A stretch of DNA of 45,587 nucleotides from an uncultured Gammaproteobacteria bacterium (GCA_964500695.1 CAZCNT010000004.1:1-45587), one strand, 5' to 3'. Positions 17,730-28,359 are shown, counted from the stretch's first letter. Numbers and translations: made by a program. Notes: generated by a model not told the origin, from the sequence alone.

Positions 17730-19744
17730 TGAATTTCGCGTATTTTATCACGAATCTCCGTCGCAAGTTCAAAGTTTAGGTCCTGTGCAGCCAGGCGCAT
17801 TTCGGTTGTCAAATTCTTCACCAGTCTCTTTTTCTCCATTGGTGTCATGGAATCGATTTTTAGGTGAGGTAAGCTGTCAAAAACTGCCTCTTTACCTCCA
17901 AAAACCCAGGCAGGGGTCTCTCTCTCACTTCGATCGATTAATTTCTCACGAATTGGCTTACTTATACTTACAGGTGTGATGTTAAACTTCTTGTTGTATT
18001 TCAGCTGATAGGCACGTCGTCTTTTGACTTCGTCAAGCGCTCTCTGCATTGACCCTGTTACATGGTCGGCATACATAATGACGCGCCCCTCAACGTGTCT
18101 GGCAGCCCTACCCATCGTTTGAATGAGTGTTACGTCGCTTCTTAGGAAACCTTCCTTATCTGCGTCTAATATCGCAACCAAACTCACCTCCGGCAGATCC
18201 AGCCCTTCTCGAAGCAAATTGATCCCAACAAGCACGTCATATTTTCCGTTTCGTAAGTCGTCTAAAATGTCAGAACGGTCCAGAGTGGTCACGTCAGAGT
18301 GTAAATACTGAACCTTGAGCCCTTGTTCATTTAAATAGGTAGTTAAATCCTCAGCAGTTCGTTTGGTCATTGTAGTCACAAGGGTGCGTTGTTTTTTTGC
18401 TACCGTTTTTTTGATTTCGATAATAATATCGACAACTTGATTTTTAACCGGCTTAATTTCAACTAAAGGGTCCGGGATTCCGGTCGGTCTAACAAGTAAT
18501 TCGACAGATTTGTTGTTTGACATAGAAAGTTCCCATTCATTAGGTGTCGCAGATGAAGCAATAAAATTAGGAACTCTCCTCATAAATTCATCAAATTTCA
18601 AAGGTCTATTGTCTAGAGCCGAAGGCAATCTAAAACCATAATCTATTAACGTTTGTTTTCGGGCACGATCTCCGTTATACATGCCACGGATTTGCGGAAA
18701 AGACATGTGACTTTCATCGACAATTAAATTCCATTTATCTTTATAGGGTTCATTAAAATAATCGATTAATGAATAAGGTGCATCTCCCGACTCACGACCA
18801 TCAAAATATCTTGAATAATTTTCAATCCCTTTTACATAGCCGACTTCCTGTATCATTTCCATATCATAAGTAACTTTTTGAGCTAAGCGATGAGCTTCTA
18901 GTTTCTTTCCTTCATTTTTTAACTCCTTAACTCTTGCATTTAGGTCATATTTAATGTGATCAAAAACATTTTTATAAGTTTCTGGGTTCGTCATGAAGTG
19001 CTTGGCAGGATAAAGAATAAAGCTAGTGGATGGTGATTGGTGATTGGTAATTGCTGAACCTGTAACGGGATTGATTGATTCAACTTTTTTGATGACATTA
19101 TCCCCGACTTCGATATGAATGCCTTCATTAAGGTACGCAGGATAAATGTCAATTGAGTCCCCACGGACTCGAAAAGTAGAACGATTAAATCCAAAATCAC
19201 TTCTTTCATATTGCAAATCAATAATCCTATCTATAATCTGCTCACGGGATATCTTCATTCCCTCGGCAATTTCAAAAACAAACTTACCATAATCTTTGGG
19301 GTTACCTATGTTATAAATACACGAGACTGAAGCTACGACAATTGTATCTGACCGAGTTAATAAGTTGGCAGTTGCTGCTAAACGAAGTTTATCGATTGTC
19401 TCATTAATAGCTGAATCTTTTTCAATGTAGGTATCTGTTGAAGGAATATATGCCTCCGGTTGATAATAATCATAATAGGAAACAAAATAACTGACTGCAT
19501 TTTCCGGGAAAAGATCGCGCATTTCCTGATAAAGCTGTGCGGCGAGAGTTTTATTGTGGGAAATAATCAAAGTCGGCCTTTGCACCTTTTCAATAACCTT
19601 AGCCATTGTAAAAGTCTTACCGCTACCGGTGACACCAAGAAGGGTTTGATATTTTGATCCACCATTAATTCCGTCCGATATTTTTTCAATTGCGGATGCC
19701 TGATCCGGAATCGGTTTGTAGTCTGTTTTAATTTTGAATTTCAT
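17726..19744 (-). CDS. uvrB: excinuclease ABC subunit B
   Basis: LGVTGSGKT, YFVSYYDYYQPEAY, DESH, GINLLREGLD, UVR domain. Confidence 0.97.
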   Translation of the reverse strand: MKFKIKTDYKPIPDQASAIEKISDGINGGSKYQTLLGVTGSGKTFTMAKVIEKVQRPTLIISHNKTLAAQLYQEMRDLFPENAVSYFVSYYDYYQPEAYIPSTDTYIEKDSAINETIDKLRLAATANLLTRSDTIVVASVSCIYNIGNPKDYGKFVFEIAEGMKISREQIIDRIIDLQYERSDFGFNRSTFRVRGDSIDIYPAYLNEGIHIEVGDNVIKKVESINPVTGSAITNHQSPSTSFILYPAKHFMTNPETYKNVFDHIKYDLNARVKELKNEGKKLEAHRLAQKVTYDMEMIQEVGYVKGIENYSRYFDGRESGDAPYSLIDYFNEPYKDKWNLIVDESHMSFPQIRGMYNGDRARKQTLIDYGFRLPSALDNRPLKFDEFMRRVPNFIASSATPNEWELSMSNNKSVELLVRPTGIPDPLVEIKPVKNQVVDIIIEIKKTVAKKQRTLVTTMTKRTAEDLTTYLNEQGLKVQYLHSDVTTLDRSDILDDLRNGKYDVLVGINLLREGLDLPEVSLVAILDADKEGFLRSDVTLIQTMGRAARHVEGRVIMYADHVTGSMQRALDEVKRRRAYQLKYNKKFNITPVSISKPIREKLIDRSERETPAWVFGGKEAVFDSLPHLKIDSMTPMEKKRLVKNLTTEMRLAAQDLNFELATEIRDKIREIQ
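19023..19057. repeat. period-7 tandem array inside uvrB
   Basis: ctagtgg atggtga ttggtga ttggtaa ttgctga. Confidence 0.8.
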
Positions 19745-19784
19745 AGGTGTTGCAAATACTTTAGCAAGTGATATTATAACTCAA

Positions 19785-20021
19785 ATGACGGAAAGGTATG
19801 GATGTTTGAAATATTTAGGCCCACTGGCAGAAATCTTTGCCGTTAAGTACAAACCCGAAAGACAGTTTGTGAAAACAAAGTCTGGTATTAAAGTCGAGCT
19901 ATTGAATGACGAGCCCCACGAGTATGCAGAAGCAATGGCCCAGACATTCTTGACCGGAAAGGCTACGTTTACATATTTCGACGAGGAAAAAGGTGAGTTT
20001 GTTATAGAAGAACTCGAATAG
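19785..20021 (+). CDS. hypothetical protein
   Basis: ATG at 19785 with TATTAT 7 nt upstream; this start avoids overlap with uvrB. Confidence 0.6.
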   Translation: MTERYGCLKYLGPLAEIFAVKYKPERQFVKTKSGIKVELLNDEPHEYAEAMAQTFLTGKATFTYFDEEKGEFVIEELE

Positions 20022-20148
20022 TATCACATCCCCCCTTATAACTTTTGCCAACATCTTCAAATTACATATCGTGTTTGATTAGGAAGGATCCTGTAGATCC
20101 TTCGACACTGTTCAGGCTCGCGCTCTATTTATATACAGAAAGATGTAC

Positions 20149-20206
20149 TTGACCACTTCGGGTAATCTTCGTACGCTATTCATAGCGATCACTTTCTTAT
20201 CACTAT
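20149..20206 (+). promoter_or_regulatory. lexA promoter and candidate operator
   Basis: TTGACC-17-TACGCT followed by ATAGCGAT-N9-ATCACTAT. Confidence 0.45.
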
Positions 20207-20235
20207 AGTGGTGAGTGAGCGTAGCGAATCGAACC

Positions 20236-20859
20236 GTGGCATTAATAGTTTATAGACGTCAGCAACAAATACTTGATTTTATAAGGCAACACATTCAGGC
20301 AAATGGCTCGGCACCAACGCTGAGGCAAATTGCCGATGCTATCGGAGTCTCTTCTTTAGCCACCGTTCATGAGCATCTCCAGGCACTTGTAGATAAAGGA
20401 TTAATTAAAAGAAAGTCGGGTAAGGTTCGTTCGATAGAAATTGTTTCGGGAGACGTCAATTCTGTTCATGAAGGCTTTGAGGCGCCGATTCTTGGTTACA
20501 TAGCCGCAGGGCAACCTATTCAGGTGTTTACCGATCCGAATGCCACCATGACAATCCCCCAGCAAATGGTTACAGGCAAAAAGAGAACTTACGTACTTCA
20601 AGTACGGGGTGAAAGCATGATCGAAGACGGGATTCTTGATGGTGACCACGTCATTATTGAACAGACGGAAGGAGCAACCAATGGGGAAATAGTTGTGGCC
20701 CTTCTCGATAACGGAATGGCCACTTTAAAGCGGTTTTTCAAGGAAGCCACCAGAATTCGGCTTGAACCGGCTAATGCAAAAATGCAGCCGATATTTGTTA
20801 AAAATGTAAGAATTCAAGGAAAAGTGGTAGGTCTTGTGAGGAAATATATCAGGAATTAA
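20236..20859 (+). CDS. lexA: SOS repressor LexA
   Basis: winged HTH (PTLRQIA), AG cleavage site (IAAG), catalytic S (GESM) and K (TLKR); GTG start at 20236 inferred. Confidence 0.95.
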   Translation: MALIVYRRQQQILDFIRQHIQANGSAPTLRQIADAIGVSSLATVHEHLQALVDKGLIKRKSGKVRSIEIVSGDVNSVHEGFEAPILGYIAAGQPIQVFTDPNATMTIPQQMVTGKKRTYVLQVRGESMIEDGILDGDHVIIEQTEGATNGEIVVALLDNGMATLKRFFKEATRIRLEPANAKMQPIFVKNVRIQGKVVGLVRKYIRN

Positions 20860-21505
20860 AGCGGTTCAGTGTTTTTTTCACTATTTTAATTCCAATAGGA
20901 ATTAAAATTGGAAGAATGGAAATAAGTATCACAGCGAGAATGATTGTAGAAAAATTTTGTTTGAAAAACGGGATATTACCAAAAAAATATCCGGCTAAAC
21001 TTCCAAGCGATACCCAAAGAATTCCTCCCAAAACATTGTAGTAGATAAAATGTTTATATGACATTCTTCCGATTCCTGCAACAAATGGCGCAAATGTTCT
21101 GATAATGGGAACAAATCGGGCCAAAACAATAGTTTTTCCTCCATGTTTATCAAAAAAGTTTTGAGTCTCTGCTATATGGTTTTTGTTTATCGGAACTTTT
21201 GGATTAGCTACAAGTTTTTCTCCAAAAAAATGTCCTATCCAGTAATTACATGTATCTCCGAGGATTGCGGCAATTATTAATAAAAGTATAACAAGTACAA
21301 TATTCAAAGATCCCAATGCTGCAAAAGCCCCTGCAGCAAAAAGAAGAGAATCGCCCGGCAAAAAGGGTGTAAACACCAAACCTGTTTCAATAAATATAAT
21401 GACAAACATAATCGTATAGGTGACAAAACCATAGGCGCTTATGATTTCTCCAAGATGAGTATCAATGTGAAGAATGAAATCAAATATAAACAAAATAATA
21501 TTCAT
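20849..21505 (-). CDS. dedA: DedA family membrane protein
   Basis: ETGL...PFLPGDSLLF, ARFVPIIRTFAPFVAG. Confidence 0.93.
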   Translation of the reverse strand: MNIILFIFDFILHIDTHLGEIISAYGFVTYTIMFVIIFIETGLVFTPFLPGDSLLFAAGAFAALGSLNIVLVILLLIIAAILGDTCNYWIGHFFGEKLVANPKVPINKNHIAETQNFFDKHGGKTIVLARFVPIIRTFAPFVAGIGRMSYKHFIYYNVLGGILWVSLGSLAGYFFGNIPFFKQNFSTIILAVILISILPILIPIGIKIVKKTLNRFNS

Positions 21506-21507
21506 GG

Positions 21508-23169
21508 TTAAAAATTATCAAGAAGATTTTTTCCTGTCATGACTGTCGGAATTTCTATTTTCAGATATTTGAGTATCGTAGGGGCAATGTCGGCCAATAT
21601 CCCCGTTGGCAATACGGTTGAATTGCCTTCAAATGTGTTTGAAACTGCGATAAAGGGAACGGGGTTATCGCTATGCTCTGTTTCAATTTCTCCTGTTTGA
21701 TCATTGATCATTTGTTCAACATTTCCGTGATCGGCCGTAATAATCATTAGCCCCCCATATGCTAAAATCCATTGGCTCAATTTACCCAAACACTCATCGA
21801 CAATTTGACAGGTTTTGGCAGCCGCCCCGATGTTTCCCGTATGTCCAACCATATCAGGATTTGCATAATTAACCAAAACAAATTTGTAATCGGGAAAAGC
21901 TTCAAGTTTTTTTAAGACACCATCAGTAACGCTTCTCGCACTCATTTCGGGCGTAAGGTCGTAGGTTGAAACTTTTAGTGAAGGAATGATTAATCTATCT
22001 TCCCCGTAAAAAGGATCTTCTTTTTGTCCATTAAAGTAAAAGGTCACAAAGCGCTCCTTTTCGCTTTCGCAAGCCCTAAGCTGCCTAAAGCCCGTTTCAG
22101 AAATAACTTTTCCTAAAGGCATATCAACTGTTTCGGGTGGAAAAGCTACCTTGGCTCCCGCCTCGAGAATTGCTTGCCCATATTCTGTCATGGTCACGTA
22201 ATACAAATTTTTAAGCTTCGGTCCGCGGGCAAAAGGTTCCTTGATGGCCGGAGGAGTAGGTAGCGGTAAATGGGTTTTTAAGTACTTAGCCTGATAAGGA
22301 TCAAAACCGACAGGTATGTTTGCTTTACTAAAATCATCAAAAACAAAAGCGCTGGAAAGTTGTCTGGGACGGTCAATTCTAAAATTAAAGAAAACAATTG
22401 AATCGTTTTCTTTCACCGTGATAACGGGTTTACCGTCGGGTCCGGAAATAATTGCGGGTTCGATGAATTCATCGGTCTTTCCTTCGGAGTAAGAAAATTC
22501 AATTGCTTCTTCCGGAGTTTTGACCAAATTGCCAACGCCTTTTGTAAGTGCTTCGTAGGCTTTCTTAGTTCTGTCCCATCTTAAATCCCTATCCATAGCC
22601 CAATACCTGCCCATTATGGTTGCGATGGTACCGATTTCCTGCTTATTTATTACGTTTCTTATCTCTGACACATACGTTTTTGCAGAGGTTGGGGGTGAAT
22701 CCCGTCCGTCGGTAAAAAGGTGCAAAAAGACCCGATTAAATTCATGTTTCTTTGCCAGTTCGATTAGAGCGTAAAGATGCTCAATATTACTGTGCACTCC
22801 TCCTGCGCCAATAAGACCCATATAATGCAAATTTCCGCCGCTTACTCTGGCGTGATCGATCGCTCCAATTAAAACTTGATTTCGGTAGAAGCTGCCATCA
22901 GCGATATTCATATTTATTCTTTGCAGGTCCTGATAAACAATCCTACCCGCGCCCAAATTAAGGTGTCCCGTCTCCGTGTTTCCCGGTTCGCCTCTCGGTA
23001 AGCCAACACTCTCTCCTGAAGCTCCCAGCTCTGAGTGCGGATATGAAGCATAAAAGCGATTCATATTTGGGGTTTGGGTTAAACTGATTGCATTTCCCGG
23101 ACCTCCCGCCGCGATTCCCCAACCATCCAATACTACAAGCATAACTAATTTAGGAGGTACTTGGTTCAT
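21508..23169 (-). CDS. gpmI: 2,3-bisphosphoglycerate-independent phosphoglycerate mutase
   Basis: LDGWG, GNTETGH, DGRD, NPDMVGHTG, TADHGN. Confidence 0.95.
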   Translation of the reverse strand: MNQVPPKLVMLVVLDGWGIAAGGPGNAISLTQTPNMNRFYASYPHSELGASGESVGLPRGEPGNTETGHLNLGAGRIVYQDLQRINMNIADGSFYRNQVLIGAIDHARVSGGNLHYMGLIGAGGVHSNIEHLYALIELAKKHEFNRVFLHLFTDGRDSPPTSAKTYVSEIRNVINKQEIGTIATIMGRYWAMDRDLRWDRTKKAYEALTKGVGNLVKTPEEAIEFSYSEGKTDEFIEPAIISGPDGKPVITVKENDSIVFFNFRIDRPRQLSSAFVFDDFSKANIPVGFDPYQAKYLKTHLPLPTPPAIKEPFARGPKLKNLYYVTMTEYGQAILEAGAKVAFPPETVDMPLGKVISETGFRQLRACESEKERFVTFYFNGQKEDPFYGEDRLIIPSLKVSTYDLTPEMSARSVTDGVLKKLEAFPDYKFVLVNYANPDMVGHTGNIGAAAKTCQIVDECLGKLSQWILAYGGLMIITADHGNVEQMINDQTGEIETEHSDNPVPFIAVSNTFEGNSTVLPTGILADIAPTILKYLKIEIPTVMTGKNLLDNF

Positions 23170-23170
23170 A

Positions 23171-24448
23171 CTACTTTTCAGTTACCATTCGTGAAAGCTC
23201 AACTTCAATTGTAGATAGACGGTTGTACTTGGCCACTCTCTCACCGCGGCAAGGAGCTCCTGATTTAATATAATCGGCGCCAACTCCAACTCCAAAATCT
23301 GCAATAAAGCTGTCGTTTGTTTCTCCTGATCGGTGTGAAACTATGACCTTCCAGCCGGCATCTTTAGCCATCTTAATTACTTCAAAGGTTTCTGTCACGG
23401 TTCCAATTTGATTGGGTTTAATAAGTATCGAGTTACAGGCTTTTTCCTGAATTGCTTTTGCAACTCTCTTGGGATTGGTTGCCAAAAGATCATCTCCTAC
23501 AATGATAATTGAGCTTCCCATTTCAACGGAGATTTTACACCAATCCTCCCAGGCATCCTCCTGAAAGGGATCCTCCAAAATGGCAAGTTTGTACTGGTTG
23601 CAAAGGCCTTTATAATACTCAAGCAGCTGCTCTCCATCCATTCCGTTTGTTCTATCTTTAATCAAATAAACGCCGTTATTGAAAAAGGAGTTAGCGGCAA
23701 CATCCAGACCCAGAAAAACATCACGACCTAGTGAGTACTCAGTTTGCTTAATCGACTCAACAAATATTTCAAACGCATCCGCATTTGTAAATAAGTTCGG
23801 AGCAAATCCTCCTTCGTCGCCCACGGAATGAATGGCACCTCTTCGTTTTAGATTTTCTCCGATTGTCAGGTAGATTTCTACACCCATCTCAAGTCCTTCA
23901 GAAAATGGCTTTGATGATGCCGGGATCACCCAAAACTCCTGAAAGTCCAAATTTCCCGCACCGTGAAGTCCCCCATTTATCATATTAAAAAGTGGGGTGG
24001 GCATTCTGGCTTTATGAGTCATACCGTTCCTGGCGGCCAATGTGTAAATCCATGTATACAGCTGCTGCCCGGCAGACGATGCCCCGCTTTTAACCACTAC
24101 TTCAGAGAGCGAAAGAATTGCATTGGCTCCGTATTTGGATTTATTCTCCGTTCCATCCATTTCTATAAGTTTTTTATCAATACTCACTTGATCTTGAGGA
24201 TCCATTCCTATTATTTCAGGTCCCAAAACTTTATTAACGTTATCAACAGCCCGCAAAACTCCCTTACCCAAATAACGCTTATTATCCGTATCCCTCAGTT
24301 CCAAAGCCTCATGGCTTCCGGCTGAAGTTCCCCCTGGAACAGATGAAACGGCAACCGATCCGCTATCAAGTATACAAGCCGTTTCCACAGTTGGTATTCC
24401 TCTTGAATCCAAAATTTCTCTGGCCCAAATATGTGTAATTTTACTCAT
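23171..24448 (-). CDS. eno: enolase
   Basis: EILDSRG.PTVE, VGDEGGFAP, SHRSGET, ERVAKYN. Confidence 0.97.
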   Translation of the reverse strand: MSKITHIWAREILDSRGIPTVETACILDSGSVAVSSVPGGTSAGSHEALELRDTDNKRYLGKGVLRAVDNVNKVLGPEIIGMDPQDQVSIDKKLIEMDGTENKSKYGANAILSLSEVVVKSGASSAGQQLYTWIYTLAARNGMTHKARMPTPLFNMINGGLHGAGNLDFQEFWVIPASSKPFSEGLEMGVEIYLTIGENLKRRGAIHSVGDEGGFAPNLFTNADAFEIFVESIKQTEYSLGRDVFLGLDVAANSFFNNGVYLIKDRTNGMDGEQLLEYYKGLCNQYKLAILEDPFQEDAWEDWCKISVEMGSSIIIVGDDLLATNPKRVAKAIQEKACNSILIKPNQIGTVTETFEVIKMAKDAGWKVIVSHRSGETNDSFIADFGVGVGADYIKSGAPCRGERVAKYNRLSTIEVELSRMVTEK

Positions 24449-24453
24449 GTATC

Positions 24454-26724
24454 TTAGATATCTTTTTCCGCTTCAGTTATAATTTCTCTTACTCTTCCGA
24501 TAGCATCAGGGTTAACAGAAATACTTGTAACCCCCCATCTAACCAGCTTTTTAACCAATTCTTCATACTCACTAGGCGCTTGACCGCAAATCGAACTGGT
24601 TACCCCTGCCGCATTACATTTAGTTATAACACGTTTAAGGGCCCAGAGAACGGCAGGACTCATTTCGTTAAATTCAGTGGCTACTTCTGCGTTGTCTCTG
24701 TCCGTTCCCTCAATAAGCATAGTCAGATCGTTACTGCCAATAGAAACTCCGTCTATCCCAACTTTAATAAAATCCTCAATCTGTATTACATTAACAGGTA
24801 TTTCTACCATCATTAAGAATTTAAAAGAGTTCTTTTCAAATAACCCGGATGAGGCAACAATTCTACGTACTTTGGATAGTTCTTCGGGAGATCTGACAAA
24901 AGGTATCATCAGATTTAAGTTGTCGTATTTTTCGCGGACTTTTGTTATGGCCTGAAGTTCGAGATTAAAAACCTCTGGGTTACTTATATAGCGATACGCG
25001 CCTCTAAAACCCAGAAGTGGGTTTGGTTCAATAGGTTCCCATGCCTTTCCGCCCGGCAAACTTCGATATTCATTAGTCTTAAAATCTGTTGCTCTATAGA
25101 TAACCTGCCTGGGATTAAACTCCTTACAAAAGATTTCCAGATCCAGGGCCAGTTTGTCAATAAATTTACCCTGCGCCTTATTTTTAATCGCCTCTTTGGG
25201 GTGAATGCCTATGTTAGCAATCATAAATTCCGCGCGGAGTAGCCCCACCCCATCGACATTAAGACGCGATATTTCCTTCGCCCGCTCCGGCTCAGCAAGG
25301 TTAACATAAACTTTAGTCGCGGTTTTAATTTTGCTGTTTTTTTTATTTTCCGTAAGCTTTGCCGATTCTAATTTTATAATTTTATTTAATGCCCCCATAA
25401 AGATTTGCCCCGTTGATCCGTCAACACTAACTATGCTACCGTCTCTAAGTATTTTCGTTGCAAGTTTTGTACCGACAACACAAGGAATTCCCAATTCTCT
25501 TGAAACTATTGCAGCGTGAGAAGTTTGTCCTCCTTGATCTGTTACTATGGCAGCTGCTTTTTTCATTGCAGGCACATAATCGGGTGAAGTCATGGGTGCA
25601 ACCAAAACGTCCCCCCTTTGAATTTTTCCGATTTCTTTGGGACTTTTTAATATTTTTACTGGCCCTGTTCCGATTCCCGGAGAAGCGGGGGCTCCTGAAA
25701 CAATCGGCGCCCGTGATATTTTAAATTCATCTTTCTCTGACTTTTCAATCTTAGTTGTTTCGGCAATGGTTGTAACGGGTCTGGTCTGAACAATGAAAAG
25801 CTCTCCTTTTTCTCTGGCCCATTCCGTGTCTTGGGGGAAATAGTAATGCTGTTGCAATTTTGATGATATTTTTGCCAATTTAATGATTTCTTCATCGGTA
25901 ATTTTCTGCTTATCACGAATGTTTTTGGGTACGTCAATCTCTTTTGTTTGACCCTTAACTTTAATTAGTTGGACCGTTTGGTCGGATACCTCCTTAGAAA
26001 GGATATCAAAAGTTCCCTTCTGAACAACATATTTATCAGGTATTACCGAACCTTGAACAATCGTTTCCCCCAGTCCCCAAACAGATTCTATAATAATTCT
26101 TTCCTTATCATTATTTGTAGGATCGATAGAAAACATGACTCCGGAGACATCGGATTGAACCATTTTCATTACAATAACAGAGATTTTCACGCTTTCGTGC
26201 TTAATCTTATTTTCGACCCGGTAATAAATAGAACGGGGAGTAAAAAGAGATGCCCAACATTCCTTAACACTTACCAGTAAATTTGCCTCGCCCTCTATAT
26301 TTAAAAAGCTTGCGTGCTGTCCTGCAAAAGAAGTTGTCCCTGCGTCTTCCGCGGTAGCGGAGGATCTAACGGCAACTAAAGCATGTCTAAAGGTTCCTGA
26401 AAGTTTTTTATAGGCTAAGATAATTTCCTTACAAACATCAGCCGGAATTTGACCGTTAATGACCATTTTTTGTATATCCCGGCCCGCACTACCCAACTGC
26501 GTCGGGTCATTTACATCGGTGGTTTTTAAAATGTCGTAAATTTTTCTGGCAATATCGTTTTCCTGTAAAAAGGCATCGTAGGCGTTTATAGTAATTGCAA
26601 AACCGTTGGGTACGGGGAACCCCGCCCTTGTCATTTCTCCGAGGTTTGCGCCTTTTCCGCCGACAAGAGGTGTGTCGTGTTTATCGATATCTTTGAAGAA
26701 TGAAACAATGGGCAAGCTACTCAT
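24454..26724 (-). CDS. ppsA: phosphoenolpyruvate synthase
   Basis: VGGKGANLGE, VRSSATAED, TSHAAIVSRELG, SIGSNDLT. Confidence 0.95.
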   Translation of the reverse strand: MSSLPIVSFFKDIDKHDTPLVGGKGANLGEMTRAGFPVPNGFAITINAYDAFLQENDIARKIYDILKTTDVNDPTQLGSAGRDIQKMVINGQIPADVCKEIILAYKKLSGTFRHALVAVRSSATAEDAGTTSFAGQHASFLNIEGEANLLVSVKECWASLFTPRSIYYRVENKIKHESVKISVIVMKMVQSDVSGVMFSIDPTNNDKERIIIESVWGLGETIVQGSVIPDKYVVQKGTFDILSKEVSDQTVQLIKVKGQTKEIDVPKNIRDKQKITDEEIIKLAKISSKLQQHYYFPQDTEWAREKGELFIVQTRPVTTIAETTKIEKSEKDEFKISRAPIVSGAPASPGIGTGPVKILKSPKEIGKIQRGDVLVAPMTSPDYVPAMKKAAAIVTDQGGQTSHAAIVSRELGIPCVVGTKLATKILRDGSIVSVDGSTGQIFMGALNKIIKLESAKLTENKKNSKIKTATKVYVNLAEPERAKEISRLNVDGVGLLRAEFMIANIGIHPKEAIKNKAQGKFIDKLALDLEIFCKEFNPRQVIYRATDFKTNEYRSLPGGKAWEPIEPNPLLGFRGAYRYISNPEVFNLELQAITKVREKYDNLNLMIPFVRSPEELSKVRRIVASSGLFEKNSFKFLMMVEIPVNVIQIEDFIKVGIDGVSIGSNDLTMLIEGTDRDNAEVATEFNEMSPAVLWALKRVITKCNAAGVTSSICGQAPSEYEELVKKLVRWGVTSISVNPDAIGRVREIITEAEKDI

Positions 26725-26819
26725 GGTGTAATTCTATATTATTCATTCTATATAGAAAAATTACTCTTGAAAAGAACTACTTGAACGCCCTTTACTTAGA
26801 TACTAGTATTTATCTAATT

Positions 26820-26837
26820 CAATCATTCGAATGGTTG
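26820..26837. repeat. palindromic direct repeat, copy 1
   Basis: caatcattcgaatggttg; first 16 bp identical to 27318-27333. Confidence 0.85.
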
Positions 26838-26847
26838 AGGTACAAAC

Positions 26848-27288
26848 ATGAGAGCTTCAAAACACTTTATGAATAAAAAGATAGAGGAGAAGGTACATGA
26901 AGTGTTTATTAATTCCATTAAGAATGCAAAATCCCATGATGAAGTAATTAGTTTTTTAAAGGACTTACTGTCACCGGCCGAACGTTCAATGCTTGCCAAA
27001 AGAGTCTCGATTGCTTTTATGCTTCTTGAAAACAAATACTCTTATGAAGATATTATCAAAACCCTTAAAGTGAGCGACGGAACTGTTGCAAAAGTTCATG
27101 CAGTATTAGCTTTGCAAGGAAGTGGTTATAGAAAGACCATAGGTGACATATTCGTCAGAAAGATTATTCGAAACTCTTTAGCGGAATTTCTCGATATATT
27201 GACTTCACTGCCACCAAAAGGGGCCAATATTGGAGAATGGAAGAAATCAAAACGTTTATCAAGGAACGAAAGGGAGAAGCCTTTATAA
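26848..27288 (+). CDS. TrpR-like (YerC/YecD) protein
   Basis: FLKDLLSPAERSMLAKRVSIA...SYEDIIKTLKVS..TVAKV...GSGY. Confidence 0.85.
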   Translation: MRASKHFMNKKIEEKVHEVFINSIKNAKSHDEVISFLKDLLSPAERSMLAKRVSIAFMLLENKYSYEDIIKTLKVSDGTVAKVHAVLALQGSGYRKTIGDIFVRKIIRNSLAEFLDILTSLPPKGANIGEWKKSKRLSRNEREKPL

Positions 27289-27317
27289 AATAAGCAAACT
27301 TTGTTGTGGTACTACCC

Positions 27318-27333
27318 CAATCATTCGAATGGT
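27318..27333. repeat. palindromic direct repeat, copy 2
   Basis: caatcattcgaatggt. Confidence 0.85.
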
Positions 27334-27357
27334 AGAAGTGTTAGTAAGATGAAATTA

Positions 27358-28356
27358 TCAGGCAACTTTGGAGAGCTTCTCTTTGAGTTTAGATATCCAT
27401 GGCTCCGGTCCGGGATCTGTGTCTTGAATAATCGAAAGGTGAAATCCCACCCAGGAAGAATAGTGCACAAGTTCTAAGGCTTGAACAAGTTTTGTTGACC
27501 CCCTTAGTGTATATTCGCGGTACATCAGACTTTGTTCATCAAAAAGTTCCTTCGTAATTTTGTAGCGAGCCAAAACTCTCGGGTGGTTAAATTTGCTCAC
27601 AAAAAACAAGTATCGAGTCTTCTCTTTAACGAAATCCGGTTTATGTGTAGCTTCAATAAGAACGTGATTAACTTCCGGAAAATCGTAAAACTGGGTAAAG
27701 TTGCGGGAAAGTTCACACATTACGTTTCTTCCTGCATTTAGAGCCCCGATTAAGGGTCTGCCTCCGAAAAGAACGGGTAAATAACCATTCAGCCATTCGG
27801 CCTTCTCCTTTACATCCCAGATGTTTCGTATTTGCATAAGTTCAACTAGGGCAGAATTTATTTCCTCCTCCTGAATTTTTAAAACGCCGATCTTTGTCAA
27901 TACGCCGGCAAGGGCACCTATCGAAATACCAAGTCCGGTCTTGGGAAAACCGGTCGGATTGGTGTCTTTGGGGTCTATAACGATATCCGAAATCTTGCCA
28001 CCGGTTGAAATTCCGATCACTCTCGCACCTCTTTTTTTAGCATCCTCGTAACCCGAAATTGTTTCCTCCGTATTGCCGGAATAACTGTTGGCAATTACCA
28101 AGCTATCTTTATTGACCCACGAAGGAAGACCATAATCATTATGAATATCAATATCGATCGGGGCGCCAAAATCCTCTTCAAAAACTCCCTCCAAAATCTT
28201 GGCGGCATTACTGGAACCGCCCATGCCGTTAATTACAACGCCGTTAAGAGGAGATGCTATTTTTAAATCACAAGCCATTGCCTGCTGATATGCCTCTTTT
28301 ATCTGGTCCGGGAAAAGCTCCAACGATTTTTGAACACCAAGGGAATCTAGGTCCAT
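27358..28356 (-). CDS. bifunctional phosphoglucose/phosphomannose isomerase (SIS)
   Basis: GMGGS, SYSGNTEET, FPEVNH. Confidence 0.9.
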   Translation of the reverse strand: MDLDSLGVQKSLELFPDQIKEAYQQAMACDLKIASPLNGVVINGMGGSSNAAKILEGVFEEDFGAPIDIDIHNDYGLPSWVNKDSLVIANSYSGNTEETISGYEDAKKRGARVIGISTGGKISDIVIDPKDTNPTGFPKTGLGISIGALAGVLTKIGVLKIQEEEINSALVELMQIRNIWDVKEKAEWLNGYLPVLFGGRPLIGALNAGRNVMCELSRNFTQFYDFPEVNHVLIEATHKPDFVKEKTRYLFFVSKFNHPRVLARYKITKELFDEQSLMYREYTLRGSTKLVQALELVHYSSWVGFHLSIIQDTDPGPEPWISKLKEKLSKVA

Positions 28357-28359
28357 TAT

